Assembly (NCBI RefSeq): GCF_041906005.1 | Contig: NZ_JAYRJY010000003.1 | Span: 3,724-67,723, forward strand | DNA from: Ferrovibrio sp. | GTDB lineage: Bacteria; Pseudomonadota; Alphaproteobacteria; Ferrovibrionales; Ferrovibrionaceae | Reading direction: 5' to 3' | Length of the DNA: 64,000 nt | Part shown: positions 25,840-36,094 of the stretch, piece after piece | Position numbering within the stretch: the first letter of the stretch is position 1 | How the letters are laid out: the number at the start of each line of letters is the position of its first letter | Notes under the pieces: generated by a model | Seen by the model: the letters and a program-made list of their open reading frames with translations, nothing else | Told to the model about the DNA's origin: nothing | Database searches by the model: none | Made by a program: the position numbers and the translations under genes

Positions 25840-26913
25840 TCAAGCGAGCAGAATGCCGTCGGCATAAATGCGCATCTTTTCCGGCGCCACCTTCAGCCAG
25901 ACCTTGCCCACCGGCAAATCGACATCCCGACCGACCTTCATGCTGGCGGTCGATTTTCCAACACGCAGGAGGACGACCCGATTGCTGCCATGGTCGCGCA
26001 CGGCGACGATTTCGGCCGGGAACTGCCCGGTCTCGGCGGCATCAGCCAATTGGATATGCTCTGGTCGCAGCCCCAATTGCAGCTTGCAGCCCGCCGCCTG
26101 GCGCTGGGCCTCGATCAGGCTCGGCACCGCCGGCAAGGCAAGCCCGCTGACGGAAAGGCGACCCGCCACATTCTCAATTTCCAGGAAATTCATCGCCGGA
26201 GAGCCGATGAAATAGCCGACATAGGCCGTGCGCGGCCGTTCGAACAGTTCGTCTGGCGTGCCACGCTGGACGACCGCACCATCCTTCATCACCAGAACTT
26301 CATGAGCAAAGGTCATGGCCTCGTTCTGGTCATGGGTGACATAGATGACCGTCAGCCTCGCCTGCTCGATGATCGATTTTATCTTGCGCCTGAGGGCAAA
26401 TTTGCTCTGCGGATCGATCACCGTCAACGGTTCGTCCATCAGCAAAGCTGCGACATCATCGCGAACCAGCCCGCGTCCCAGCGAAATAAGCTGCTTCTGA
26501 TCGGCGGTGAGGTTATTGGCGCGCTTACCGAGCGTGGCGGTCAGGCCCAGCAGTTCGGCAATCTCGCCTACCCGCGCGCGGATCCGGTCGGATGCCCAAC
26601 CCCGGCAAACCAGGGGAAAGGCCAGATTCTCGGCAACACTCTTGGCGCTATAGATGACTGGAAACTGGAAGACCTGGGCGATATTGCGCGCAGCAGTTTC
26701 CGTGCGCGTAACGTCGCGACCGTCAATCAGGACCCGACCGTCGCTGGGCTTGAGAAGCCCAGAGATGATGTTGAGCATGGTCGTCTTGCCGCAACCGGAT
26801 GGTCCCAACAGCGCATAGGTCCGGCCATGCTCGAAAATCATGTCGAGGGGCGCCAGCGCATAGTTGCGCAAGGCATAGCGGTGCCCGATGCCGGCCAGAG
26901 AGATTTCAGCCAT
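25840..26913 (-). CDS. ABC ATPase (GlpT-like)
   Basis: GPSGCGKTT, degenerate signature LTADQKQ, and LMDEP. Confidence 0.88.
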   Translation of the reverse strand: MAEISLAGIGHRYALRNYALAPLDMIFEHGRTYALLGPSGCGKTTMLNIISGLLKPSDGRVLIDGRDVTRTETAARNIAQVFQFPVIYSAKSVAENLAFPLVCRGWASDRIRARVGEIAELLGLTATLGKRANNLTADQKQLISLGRGLVRDDVAALLMDEPLTVIDPQSKFALRRKIKSIIEQARLTVIYVTHDQNEAMTFAHEVLVMKDGAVVQRGTPDELFERPRTAYVGYFIGSPAMNFLEIENVAGRLSVSGLALPAVPSLIEAQRQAAGCKLQLGLRPEHIQLADAAETGQFPAEIVAVRDHGSNRVVLLRVGKSTASMKVGRDVDLPVGKVWLKVAPEKMRIYADGILLA

Positions 26914-27994
26914 GATGTCCTCCTGGCACGCCTGTCAGCAACTTCCCGTCTGCAGAGAAGAGGAGCAGACGCTCCGGCGCGAAACCGACCCGCAAGCCGG
27001 CGCCCAGGGTCAAGTCGTGAATGCCCGCCATCTGGACGGCGAGTTCCCCAAAAGCGCTGTCGACATAGAGAAATGTCTCAGAGCCGGAAATTTCCGAGAA
27101 GGCAAGGCTGGCCCCGACACCCCCTTCCGAAACCAGATAGACATCTTGCGCGCGGATGCCGAGTTTATAAACGCCGTCGCTAAGGCCACCCATATGCGTC
27201 GGCAGGGGCAGGGCGAATTCGGTTCCAAGCCACAGCCGGCCCTGCCGGACCACGGCCGGAACGATGTTCATCGGCGGATCGTCGACAATGCGTGCGACGT
27301 CAACCGTGGCTGGTCTTTCGTAGATCTCATGCGGGGCGCCGATCTGGAGGACCCGTCCCTCATGCATGACAACGACCTGATCGCCAAGCATCATCGCTTC
27401 GGCAGGTTCGGTGGTCGCATAGACGATGATGGCATCCTGCTGGTCGGCGAACAGGCTGCGGAAATCCTCGCGTAACTGTTCGCGCAGCTTGTAGTCGAGG
27501 TTGGCCAGCGGCTCATCAAGGAGCAGGACATTGCTGCGGCGGACCAGCGCGCGGGCAAGCGCCACCCGTTGCTGCTGGCCGCCCGACATCTGCGACGGTC
27601 GCCGCTCGCTGAAATCGCTGAGGCCGACGCGCTCCAGCGCCGCCGCCACCCGTGACCGGATTTCTCCTGTCGCCACACCCTTGCGACGCAGGGGGAATGC
27701 CACGTTGTCGAAAACGGTGAGGTGCGGATAGTTGATGAATTGCTGGTAGACCATGGCCACATCGCGTTGCCAGACAGGCAGCTTGTCGATCGACTTTGCG
27801 TCAAGCTCAATGTGGCCCCGATCAGGCATTTGCAGCCCGGCCAGGCTGCGCAACAAAGTGGTCTTGCCGGCGAGTGTCCGCCCCAGGATCGTGGTCAGAC
27901 GACCGCGCGGAAAGCTGGTGGAGATCCCGCCCAGAAAAGTGACGTTATCCTGGATAACGGTGAGATCAGTGATCTTCAGCGACATGCGAGCCAA
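26906..27994 (-). CDS. ABC ATPase (GlpS-like)
   Basis: Deviant Walker A GRTLAGKTT, MSGGQQQR, and switch His replaced (YATTE). Confidence 0.85.
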   Translation of the reverse strand: MARMSLKITDLTVIQDNVTFLGGISTSFPRGRLTTILGRTLAGKTTLLRSLAGLQMPDRGHIELDAKSIDKLPVWQRDVAMVYQQFINYPHLTVFDNVAFPLRRKGVATGEIRSRVAAALERVGLSDFSERRPSQMSGGQQQRVALARALVRRSNVLLLDEPLANLDYKLREQLREDFRSLFADQQDAIIVYATTEPAEAMMLGDQVVVMHEGRVLQIGAPHEIYERPATVDVARIVDDPPMNIVPAVVRQGRLWLGTEFALPLPTHMGGLSDGVYKLGIRAQDVYLVSEGGVGASLAFSEISGSETFLYVDSAFGELAVQMAGIHDLTLGAGLRVGFAPERLLLFSADGKLLTGVPGGHHG

Positions 27995-27997
27995 CCT

Positions 27998-28840
27998 TCA
28001 GCGAATGGCGCCGGCAAGACTGCCGTGGGACAGGAAGCGTTCAACCAGGAAGGCGATAAGTACCAGTGGCGCCACCGAGATGAGGGCCGATGCCGAAAGA
28101 CTCCACCACGGTGTCACTGAGGAATTGAGCGCCACCACCGCAACGGGGAGAATCTGCGTATCCGTGAAGGTCAGCGTGAAGGCGAAGAAGAAATCGTTCC
28201 AGCCGAAGATGATGCAGAACATGCCAGCGACGACCAGGCCCGGAATGCTGTTGGGCAGAATGACGCGGAAGAAAGCGCCGAAGGGCGTGCAGCCGTCGAG
28301 CATCGCCATTTCGTCGATGGCGCGCGGGATATTGTTGAAGAAATCGATCAACACCCAGACGGCGATCGGTAGCAACAAGGCGATATAGACGATGATGAGG
28401 CCAAGCTTGGAATCGAGCAGGCCCAGGAATTGCAGCATCAGGAAGAAGGGAATTGCCAGCACGATGGGCGGCATGATGCGCTGAGAGATGAAGAAGAAGG
28501 TCAAGTCGGCATTGCGCACGAAGCCCCAGCGATACTGGAAACGCGACAGGCCATAAGCCGCGAAAGTGCCGAGGACAAGGCTGATGACACTGGCGCCCAG
28601 AGTCACGACGACGCTGTCCCAATAGGGGTCGACGATGTCGATGCCGCCAGCGCCGCCGAAAAGATTGCGCCAGCCTTCCGTTGATGGCTCGAATTGCATC
28701 CAGGGTATATAGGTGGGACCGCCGGTGACGCCATTGGCCGTCTTGAAACTGGTGCTGAGCGCCCAAAAGAACGGCGCCACCACGAAGGCCGACCAGGCGA
28801 AGATAGCTGTGTATTTAATCAGGCGATAGAGCATCGGCAT
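27998..28840 (-). CDS. Carbohydrate (CUT1) ABC permease
   Basis: DEMAMLDGC EAA-loop; true start ATG 28840 (TAATG overlap). The track ORF is N-terminally extended. Confidence 0.88.
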   Translation of the reverse strand: MPMLYRLIKYTAIFAWSAFVVAPFFWALSTSFKTANGVTGGPTYIPWMQFEPSTEGWRNLFGGAGGIDIVDPYWDSVVVTLGASVISLVLGTFAAYGLSRFQYRWGFVRNADLTFFFISQRIMPPIVLAIPFFLMLQFLGLLDSKLGLIIVYIALLLPIAVWVLIDFFNNIPRAIDEMAMLDGCTPFGAFFRVILPNSIPGLVVAGMFCIIFGWNDFFFAFTLTFTDTQILPVAVVALNSSVTPWWSLSASALISVAPLVLIAFLVERFLSHGSLAGAIR

Positions 28841-29721
28841 TATTTGCGCCCCTCCAAGACAAAGCGCACCAGCAGCTTGGTGGCGATGGTCAAGGTGATG
28901 ATCATGATGACGAGATAGGTGATGGAGAGGGCCGAGGCATAGCCGATCTCGAAATCGCGCAGGCCGCGGATATAAATGTAGTAGCCGGACGTCTCGGTTG
29001 CCGTGCCCGGTCCGCCGGAGGTCAGCACATAGACCGTTTCCATCAACTTCGAAGCCTCGATGAGGCGGATGATGATGGCGCCGACCGAGACCGGCATCAG
29101 CATGGGAAGGGTGACATTGAAAAAGGTGCGCACCGGGCCGGCACCGTCGATCGCGGCGGCCAGGAACGGCTCGCGCGGCAGGCTCAGCAGGCCGGCCAGC
29201 AGCAGCAGGAAAATGAACGGCGTCCATTGCCAGACTTCAACCACCATCACGCTGACAACAGCCATGGCGCTGGAAGTCAGCCACTGATAGGGGCCAAGGC
29301 CGATGAGGCCGAGGAGGTCGTTGGCTGGCCCCAGCGATTCATGAAAGATCGTGCGCCAAACGACCGACATCACCACCGGCGTCGTCATCATCGGCATCAG
29401 GAAAAGAACGCGAAACAGGCGTTGACCTCGGATATTGCGCCAGACCAGCAAGGCCATGGCAAAGCCCAGCACATATTCAATGAGCACCGTACCCGTGGCC
29501 ATGAGGCCGAGGCGACCGAGCGCCTGCCAATAGCGGACGTCACCAAAGACATTGGCGTAGTTCTTGCCGCCGACGAAATTGAGTTCGGGCGTGATTGCGT
29601 CCCAACCGGACAGGCTGACGCGGATCGTGAACAGCAACGGAAATAGAATGATCGCCAGCAGGATCAACAGGCCGGGGAGAAGAAAGGCCAGTTTGTATCC
29701 ACGGAACCAGGTACCGGTCAT
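28840..29721 (-). CDS. Carbohydrate (CUT1) ABC permease
   Basis: EVWQWTPF, AAAIDGA and TSGGPGTATE. Confidence 0.9.
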   Translation of the reverse strand: MTGTWFRGYKLAFLLPGLLILLAIILFPLLFTIRVSLSGWDAITPELNFVGGKNYANVFGDVRYWQALGRLGLMATGTVLIEYVLGFAMALLVWRNIRGQRLFRVLFLMPMMTTPVVMSVVWRTIFHESLGPANDLLGLIGLGPYQWLTSSAMAVVSVMVVEVWQWTPFIFLLLLAGLLSLPREPFLAAAIDGAGPVRTFFNVTLPMLMPVSVGAIIIRLIEASKLMETVYVLTSGGPGTATETSGYYIYIRGLRDFEIGYASALSITYLVIMIITLTIATKLLVRFVLEGRK

Positions 29722-29747
29722 AGAGGGAACCTTGTCAGGAAAAGTAT

Positions 29748-29775
29748 GGGCCGGGTGCCCGAAGGCACCCGGCCC
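29748..29775 (-). terminator. Hairpin after the SBP gene with C(UUCG)G tetraloop
   Basis: GGGCCGGGTGCC-TTCG-GGCACCCGGCCC on the minus strand, followed by ATACTTTT. Confidence 0.75.
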
Positions 29776-29781
29776 GAGACA

Positions 29782-31344
29782 TCAACGACCGTTGTCTTCC
29801 AGGGCGACAACGTTGGCATAAGCCTCGCGGACCTTGTCGGTGCCGATCTTCTCGACGATTTCCCGCCACTGTGCCGCAACACCGTCGAGCGCCTCCTGGG
29901 CGGACTTCTGGCCGGCCATGGCTTCGGCGACGCCGTTGGCAAGTGTCGACATGAACTGGTTCACGCCGGGCACGCGCAGGTCGAAGACGCGGTTGGTGCT
30001 GTCGTCCATACTGGACAGAGTTTCGACATAGCCGGTCGCCACCTTCTCGTCCCAGCCAAGCTTTTCCTGCCAGAATTTGGCGTCGAAATGGCCGTTGCGA
30101 TAGGGATTGACGCCGAAGCGGCCGATCTGGAGATCGAGATTGGCATTGGCTTCGTTGGAGAAGAAGCACAGGAAGTCGAAGGCGATGTCCTGGTTCTTCG
30201 ATTCCTTGTTCACCGCCGAAGTCCAGCCCCAGGTGATGTAAGGCGGGCGGTTGGCTTCATCGAAATGGTCCCACTTCTTCGTCGTGCGGTTCCATACCTC
30301 ATGGGAGCCGGGCAGCGGTGCCGCCATCACTTTGTTGCGGATCGGACTCTTCGCTTCCTGGGCCTGGATGAAGGCATCGTCCCAGCTGTAGCTCATCAAG
30401 GTCTGGCCGCCGCCGAAGGAGAAGATTTCGTCGCCGAGGCCGAAATTGGCGCCGCCCGGCGGAAAGCTCTTCTGCGCGTCGATAAACATCTCCAGGCCCT
30501 TGACCCAGCCCGGATTGTTGACCTGCGGTTCCATCGTCGCGAGATCGAAGAAGAAGCCGCCCTTCACGTTCGGGTTCTTGGCAAAGGCAGCAACGCGGCT
30601 GATGAAGGCCGAGAACATGAGATCGTCGCGCTTGGTCACTTCGGCCGACCCGAAATGGTCCTTGCCATCGCCGGCCCAATCCCAGCCGGAGAAGTATTTG
30701 GCGACTTCGTTGTATTCTTCCCAGGTGGTGGGAACGGCGAGGTCCTTGCCGGTATCCTTCTTGAACTTGGCCTGGAATTCCGGATTGCTGAAGATATCGG
30801 CGCGATATTTGAGATAGTGGCGGTCGCCATCCATCGGGTACTGCACCATCTGGTCGCCCCAGGTCGCCACGTCCTGGTAATTCTTGGTGACGTCCTTAAG
30901 GCCGCTGACTTCTTTGTAGCTGTCCGGCACGGGGGCCAGGAAGTTGTGCAGATCGCCGATCCAGAGCGAGGCATAGAACATCACGTCATAAGCCGCCTGA
31001 TGGGTCTGGAACGGGATCATGATACGCTGATAGAGGTCGCCGAAGGGGACGTGGACCACGTCGACCTTGGCGCCGGTCAAAGCTTCGAACTGCTTGGCAT
31101 GCAGATCGGTCGGTTCGCCGATGACCGGCACGGCATGGGTGATGATCTTCAGGCTGCGGCCGGAATAATCCTTCTTATCCGTATCGGCATAGGAGCAGGC
31201 GCCAGGCACATCCGCCGCCTTGCCATAGGCGCCGTAATCGCCATAGGGGGTGTAATCGATATCGTCTGCCATTGCCGGAGCCAGGGTCCCGGCGAGCAAG
31301 GCAAAGGCGCATGTCGTCGAAAGCAGTCGCGCAATCGTCTTCAT
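29782..31344 (-). CDS. CUT1 ABC substrate-binding protein
   Basis: Sec signal peptide ending AMA; DGDRHYLKYRAD and VPTTWEEY. Confidence 0.88.
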   Translation of the reverse strand: MKTIARLLSTTCAFALLAGTLAPAMADDIDYTPYGDYGAYGKAADVPGACSYADTDKKDYSGRSLKIITHAVPVIGEPTDLHAKQFEALTGAKVDVVHVPFGDLYQRIMIPFQTHQAAYDVMFYASLWIGDLHNFLAPVPDSYKEVSGLKDVTKNYQDVATWGDQMVQYPMDGDRHYLKYRADIFSNPEFQAKFKKDTGKDLAVPTTWEEYNEVAKYFSGWDWAGDGKDHFGSAEVTKRDDLMFSAFISRVAAFAKNPNVKGGFFFDLATMEPQVNNPGWVKGLEMFIDAQKSFPPGGANFGLGDEIFSFGGGQTLMSYSWDDAFIQAQEAKSPIRNKVMAAPLPGSHEVWNRTTKKWDHFDEANRPPYITWGWTSAVNKESKNQDIAFDFLCFFSNEANANLDLQIGRFGVNPYRNGHFDAKFWQEKLGWDEKVATGYVETLSSMDDSTNRVFDLRVPGVNQFMSTLANGVAEAMAGQKSAQEALDGVAAQWREIVEKIGTDKVREAYANVVALEDNGR

Positions 31345-31398
31345 TACTTTTCCTCCAAGTTTTGCTTCTTGTTGTTGGGTCGTCTGTTACCGGCGGGC

Positions 31399-32451
31399 TC
31401 AGGGGATAAGCACCGCCCGTCCATGGATGCGGCCGTGATGCAGGTCCTGCAGGGCCTTGTTGGCATCGGCGAGGCGATACTCGGCCGTCGCCAATTCGAC
31501 GAGGCCGCGATCGGCCAAGGCCATCAACTCGGTCAACTCGGCCCAGGTGCCGACCAGATTGCCGATGATGTTGCGTTCGGTGATGACCATGTCGACGGTG
31601 GGCACGCGAATGTCTTCGCCATAACCGATGACATAGTAGCTGCCCATCGGCCGGGTCATGGCGAGGCCCTTGGTGGTCGTCCCCTTTTCTCCGACGAAAT
31701 CGAGCACCGCTTCGGCACCCTTGCCATCGGTCAGAGCCAGCACAGCCTCGACCTCATTGCCGTCGGCTTTGACCAGATGGTCGGCACCGCATTTCTTGGC
31801 CAGCTGCAGGGAATCGTCGGAGAGATCGACGACGATGATGTCGGCTGCACACATGGCGCGCATGCACTGAATGCCGATATGGCCGAGGCCGCCGGCACCG
31901 ATGATGACGCAACGTTCGCCGGGCAGAAGCTGCTGCGCCGCCTTCTTCACCGCGCGATAGGCGGTAAGGCCCGCATCCGCATAAGGCGCCACTTCCTTGG
32001 GTGCCAGGCTGCGCGGCAATGGGATGATATTGCGTTCCGACGTCGCCAGATATTCGGCATAGCCGCCATTGCAATCGAGGCCCGGGAACTTACCAGGCCC
32101 GTGCATGTCGTGCCCGCGCCGGCAGGCGAGGCAGGTGCCGTTGCTGATCTTCGGATGGACGATGACGGGATCGCCCTTCTTGAAGCCTTCGACTTCCTTG
32201 CCGATTTCCTCGATCCAGCCGGCATTTTCATGGCCCATGATGAGCGGCAGCAATTTGTCGCCATTGGGGTCCATGTGCGGGCGCCAGACGCCCTCGATGA
32301 TGTGCAGATCGGTGCGGCAAACGCCCGCGCCGCCGATGCGCACGATGACATCGGTCGACTTCACCAGCTTCGGGTCCGCCACATCCTCGTAGCTCACCCA
32401 GTTGGGCGCCGTCAGATTGTCGTCATACGCTCTTAGAACCTGTGCCTTCAT
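31399..32451 (-). CDS. Zn-dependent (MDR) alcohol dehydrogenase
   Basis: GVCRTDLH, GHE and IIGAGGLG. Confidence 0.92.
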   Translation of the reverse strand: MKAQVLRAYDDNLTAPNWVSYEDVADPKLVKSTDVIVRIGGAGVCRTDLHIIEGVWRPHMDPNGDKLLPLIMGHENAGWIEEIGKEVEGFKKGDPVIVHPKISNGTCLACRRGHDMHGPGKFPGLDCNGGYAEYLATSERNIIPLPRSLAPKEVAPYADAGLTAYRAVKKAAQQLLPGERCVIIGAGGLGHIGIQCMRAMCAADIIVVDLSDDSLQLAKKCGADHLVKADGNEVEAVLALTDGKGAEAVLDFVGEKGTTTKGLAMTRPMGSYYVIGYGEDIRVPTVDMVITERNIIGNLVGTWAELTELMALADRGLVELATAEYRLADANKALQDLHHGRIHGRAVLIP

Positions 32452-32496
32452 ATGCTCCTCCTTGATCCCCTTGCAGGATTTTGGCGGGAGCCTAAG

Positions 32497-32512
32497 AGCA
32501 CGCTCTGTGCCA
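32497..32512 (-). promoter_or_regulatory. Sigma54 -24/-12 promoter of the ADH-ABC operon
   Basis: Minus strand TGGCAC-AGAGC-GTGCT; adjacent to a divergent sigma54 activator. Confidence 0.8.
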
Positions 32513-32576
32513 GCAATGAATTACGATTATTTTCAATTGGATAGAGCGTTTTTTCGCGACTGCTCACGCTCAGCTG

Positions 32577-32605
32577 CTGAACAGGCCAAGCGTACAAGTG
32601 TTCAG
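32577..32605. promoter_or_regulatory. Candidate upstream activator site
   Basis: CTGAACA-N15-TGTTCAG perfect inverted repeat, about 65-90 bp upstream of the -24 box. Confidence 0.5.
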
Positions 32606-32686
32606 AATCTGAATATTGCGCCAGGACCGCTTTCAGCCGATCCTGAGTCTAACAAAGAAGCCTTCATATGCCCCCTGGGAGGGTCA

Positions 32687-34552
32687 ATGGCGATCATGTC
32701 CGGCATCGAGCGCGCGCGGAGCGCCCTCGAACAGGGGAAGCGATTCCCCAACGGCGTCCTTACCGATCAGGTAGCGCGCAGTTGGGAACGCTGCGTGGAA
32801 AGCGGGCTTGACCCGCGCCGGGAACCCGAAGGGGTTGTCGTGACCGCCGAGGACCTGCAGCTTCGGCGCGACCGGAACGCCCTGCTGCGGCGCATGGCCA
32901 TCGCCGAAATGCAGTTGCTGCACTCGCAGATCGCCGGGTCGAACTTCATGATCGCCTTCGGCGATGCTGAGGGCGTGGTCCTGGACACGATCAGCGATCA
33001 TCAATTCGCCGAAAGCGATGCTGGCCGTTCGATCATTCCCGGCAGCATCTGGTGTGAAGGCAATCGCGGCACCAATGCACTGGGACTGACCCTGCTGGAA
33101 CGGGCGCCGATCGCCATCTATGGGCGCGAACACTATTTCACCAATCACGGTCATCTGAGCTGCATGGCGGCGCCTATTCTCGACTCCACTGGCGAGATCG
33201 TGGGCCTGCTGGATGCCTCTTGCGCCAATGATGCCAGGCAGCAGCATACCCACGCCCTGGTGCGGATGGCGGCGGCGCAGATCGAGAACAGCCTTATCTA
33301 TCAACAGCAATCAAATCTGCTGATCGTCGCCTTCCATCCGCGCGTCGAGTATCTGGACACATTGTCGGCCGGACTGCTGGCGCTGTCGCGCGACGGCATC
33401 GTCCGCTCGCTCAATCGGCCCAGCCAGGCGCTGCTGGCAGGCCTCGGCGCCAATGTCGGCAAGAAGTTCGAGGATCTGTTCGACGCCAAGCAAGGGAGTG
33501 CCTTCGACAGCCTGCTGCGTGGCGGCACCGTTCGCTTGCGCGACCGGTCCGGCAGCACGGTCTTCATGGTGTGCCGCCAGATCGGTAACCGCAACGGCGT
33601 CGTGCATGCCTTTGCCCAGAAGCGCGCCGTGGCCGAAACGGTCCCCTCCAGCGCGGATATCGGCTTCGTGCTGGAAGATCCGGGCCTGCGTCGGCAGGTG
33701 ACGACGCTGGCAACCAGCGTCAAAAGACGCATGCCGGTCCATATCAGCGGCGAGACCGGCACGGGCAAGGAACTGATGGCCCGCCATGTTCATTCCTTAA
33801 GCGAGCGCAAGGGCGAGTTCGTCGCAGTGAATTGCGGGGCCATCAGCGAAAGCCTCTTTATCGCGGAACTGTTCGGCCATGAGCGCGGCGCCTTCACCAA
33901 TGCGCGGTCGGAAGGATCCATCGGCCTTGCCCGGCAGGCACATAAGGGCACCTTGTTCCTCGACGAAGTGGCCGATATCCCGCTGGCGGCGCAAACCTCG
34001 CTGCTGCGCTTCCTCGATCTGATGGAAGTGCGGCCCGTAGGTGGGCAGAATGTGCACACGGTCGATGTCCAGATCGTCTCGGCCACCAACCGCAATCTCC
34101 AGGAAATGGTGACGCAGCGGCAGTTCCGCGCCGATCTGCTCTATCGGCTCAATGCGATCGAAGTGAAGCTGCCGGCCTTGCGTCAGCGTGCCGATTTCGC
34201 GGCCATCGTGCATCAATTGCTGCAAAAGATTGCGCCGGAAGTTGCGATCACCGATGCTGCGATTGAACGCCTGCGGGCGCTGCCTTGGCCAGGCAACATC
34301 CGCGAGCTCAATGCCGCCTTGCAGCGGGCGGTCGTGCAGGCCGATTCCGATTATCTGGATGAGACGAACGTCCTGGGTGATTTGGCGCCGTTGCAGGATG
34401 TCTGCCCGGATTGCGCCGGCCATGCCCTCAAGAGCCTGCGCTGCCAGCAGATTCGCGACACCTATGAAACGAGCGGCGCCAATATCGCCGAGGCGGCGCG
34501 CATCCTCGGCGTGTCACGGACGACGATCTATAAACATCTGCGCCCGGCTTGA
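32687..34552 (+). CDS. GAF-domain sigma54-dependent activator (AcoR-like, Fis HTH)
   Basis: RSWERC, GTNALG, GETGTGKE, GAFTNA, LFLDE, WPGNIREL and GVSRTTIYK; start ATG 32687 with SD GGAGGG. Confidence 0.92.
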   Translation: MAIMSGIERARSALEQGKRFPNGVLTDQVARSWERCVESGLDPRREPEGVVVTAEDLQLRRDRNALLRRMAIAEMQLLHSQIAGSNFMIAFGDAEGVVLDTISDHQFAESDAGRSIIPGSIWCEGNRGTNALGLTLLERAPIAIYGREHYFTNHGHLSCMAAPILDSTGEIVGLLDASCANDARQQHTHALVRMAAAQIENSLIYQQQSNLLIVAFHPRVEYLDTLSAGLLALSRDGIVRSLNRPSQALLAGLGANVGKKFEDLFDAKQGSAFDSLLRGGTVRLRDRSGSTVFMVCRQIGNRNGVVHAFAQKRAVAETVPSSADIGFVLEDPGLRRQVTTLATSVKRRMPVHISGETGTGKELMARHVHSLSERKGEFVAVNCGAISESLFIAELFGHERGAFTNARSEGSIGLARQAHKGTLFLDEVADIPLAAQTSLLRFLDLMEVRPVGGQNVHTVDVQIVSATNRNLQEMVTQRQFRADLLYRLNAIEVKLPALRQRADFAAIVHQLLQKIAPEVAITDAAIERLRALPWPGNIRELNAALQRAVVQADSDYLDETNVLGDLAPLQDVCPDCAGHALKSLRCQQIRDTYETSGANIAEAARILGVSRTTIYKHLRPA

Positions 34553-34564
34553 TCTGCCACGAGA

Positions 34565-36085
34565 TCAGGCCGGGGCGATGTCCGCCAAGGCCGGGTAGAA
34601 GGGCTGCAGGCGGCGATAGAGGTCGCGCCACAGCAGATATTTCCGATTGAGCACGGATTGGCTGGCAGGCATCGGCATGAAAGTGCGGCCGGGTGCCACG
34701 TAACGCTCGATCGCCGACCATTCCTTGATGAGACCAACGCCATACCCAGCGACGAAGGCAGCACCCAGCGACGACCCTGGGTGGCGGTCGATGCGCGTCA
34801 CCGGCATCCCTAAGCTGTCTGCCGCGATCTGCAGCCACAGGTCGCTGGCGGCACCACCATCGGCGGCAAAAATCCGATGTGTCGCAAGGCCGAGTTCGTG
34901 GAAGGTCTCGACATGATGGCGGAAACCAAAGACGACACCTTCAAGAGCGGCGCGCCAGACATGCCGGATGTCATGGTTGAGCCCCAGCCCCACCAATGTA
35001 CCGCGCGCATGCGGATCGTTGAGCGGTGTCTTTTCGCCCAGGAAATAGGGCAGGAACAGAATGCTGCTCTCGGCGCCGATTTCGGCCGATTGCCGGTCGA
35101 GCCATTGATGGGTCGAAAGGCCAGCGGCCTTTGCCTCATTGCGGGCACCGCCACCCCAATTGGCTACGACCCAATTGAGGAAGCTGCCGCTCGATGCCAT
35201 GCAGCCATTCGGGAAATAGAGCCCGGGAACAATGTGATAGTCGAGGAAGAGGCGCCGATCCGCCACCGGTTTGTCGGAAGAGAGGAGAATGTCGCCGGCC
35301 CCGCCGAATTTCAGCACCAGATCGCCATTGCGGGAAGCGCCGCAGACGAAGGCCGAGGCGACGTGATCGGCACAGCCCGCCACGACCGGCGTTCCGGCCT
35401 TCAGACCGGTATGAGAAGCAGCTGATGGCGTGACCTTCCCCACCACCTCGTGGCTCTTGCGGATCGGTGCCAGCAGAGCGGGATCGATCCCGCACAAGCT
35501 GATCAGGTCGGGGTGATATTGCCCGGTTGCCACTTCCACAAAGCCTGATTCCAGCGCCCAATTATGCTCGACCTGGATCGTGCCCGTAAGCTGGCTGGTG
35601 ACGTAGTCGGACGCCCCGACGACCTGACGGGTGCCGGCGAAATGCTGCGGCTCGTGCTCGCGCAGCCACATCAGTTTGGGCCCGACCAATTGCTGGCTGT
35701 AGCCCGTGCCGGAGAGCGCGAGGAACCTCGCCTCATCCATGCCCTGGCGGAACTGATCCAGCTGCCTGGTGGCGCGGGCATCGTTCTGCTGGATGCTGCG
35801 GCGCAGGGGCCGGCCGGCCTCATCCAGCAGGATCACCGTCGGCAGCATGCCGGTGACGCCGATTCCGGCGATATCGGCGGCAGCGATGCCGGTCTTGGCG
35901 AGGAGAGCACGGCAGATCTCGCCGACATTCGCCCACCATTGTGCCGGATCTTCCTCGGACCAATTGGCATGATCGGCATGAAGCGTCACCGGCCGGCTTT
36001 CGACGGCCAGTGAGTTGCCGTCGGTATCGATGATGATGCCGATGGTCGACGTCGTGCCGATGTCGAGGCCGAGGAGATAGGTCAT
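34565..36085 (-). CDS. FGGY-family carbohydrate kinase
   Basis: GLDIGTTS, QQNDARA, LPYFLGEKTP and ADGGAA. Confidence 0.92.
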   Translation of the reverse strand: MTYLLGLDIGTTSTIGIIIDTDGNSLAVESRPVTLHADHANWSEEDPAQWWANVGEICRALLAKTGIAAADIAGIGVTGMLPTVILLDEAGRPLRRSIQQNDARATRQLDQFRQGMDEARFLALSGTGYSQQLVGPKLMWLREHEPQHFAGTRQVVGASDYVTSQLTGTIQVEHNWALESGFVEVATGQYHPDLISLCGIDPALLAPIRKSHEVVGKVTPSAASHTGLKAGTPVVAGCADHVASAFVCGASRNGDLVLKFGGAGDILLSSDKPVADRRLFLDYHIVPGLYFPNGCMASSGSFLNWVVANWGGGARNEAKAAGLSTHQWLDRQSAEIGAESSILFLPYFLGEKTPLNDPHARGTLVGLGLNHDIRHVWRAALEGVVFGFRHHVETFHELGLATHRIFAADGGAASDLWLQIAADSLGMPVTRIDRHPGSSLGAAFVAGYGVGLIKEWSAIERYVAPGRTFMPMPASQSVLNRKYLLWRDLYRRLQPFYPALADIAPA

Positions 36086-36094
36086 GCCGGTATC

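Noticed and set aside
29746-32436. 896-aa plus-strand ORF, and similar long ORFs (95-1363, 5915-7423, 53410-55077, 60777-62090)
   Set aside because: They lie antisense to well-supported genes, have no family motifs, and are expected shadows of high-GC codon usage.
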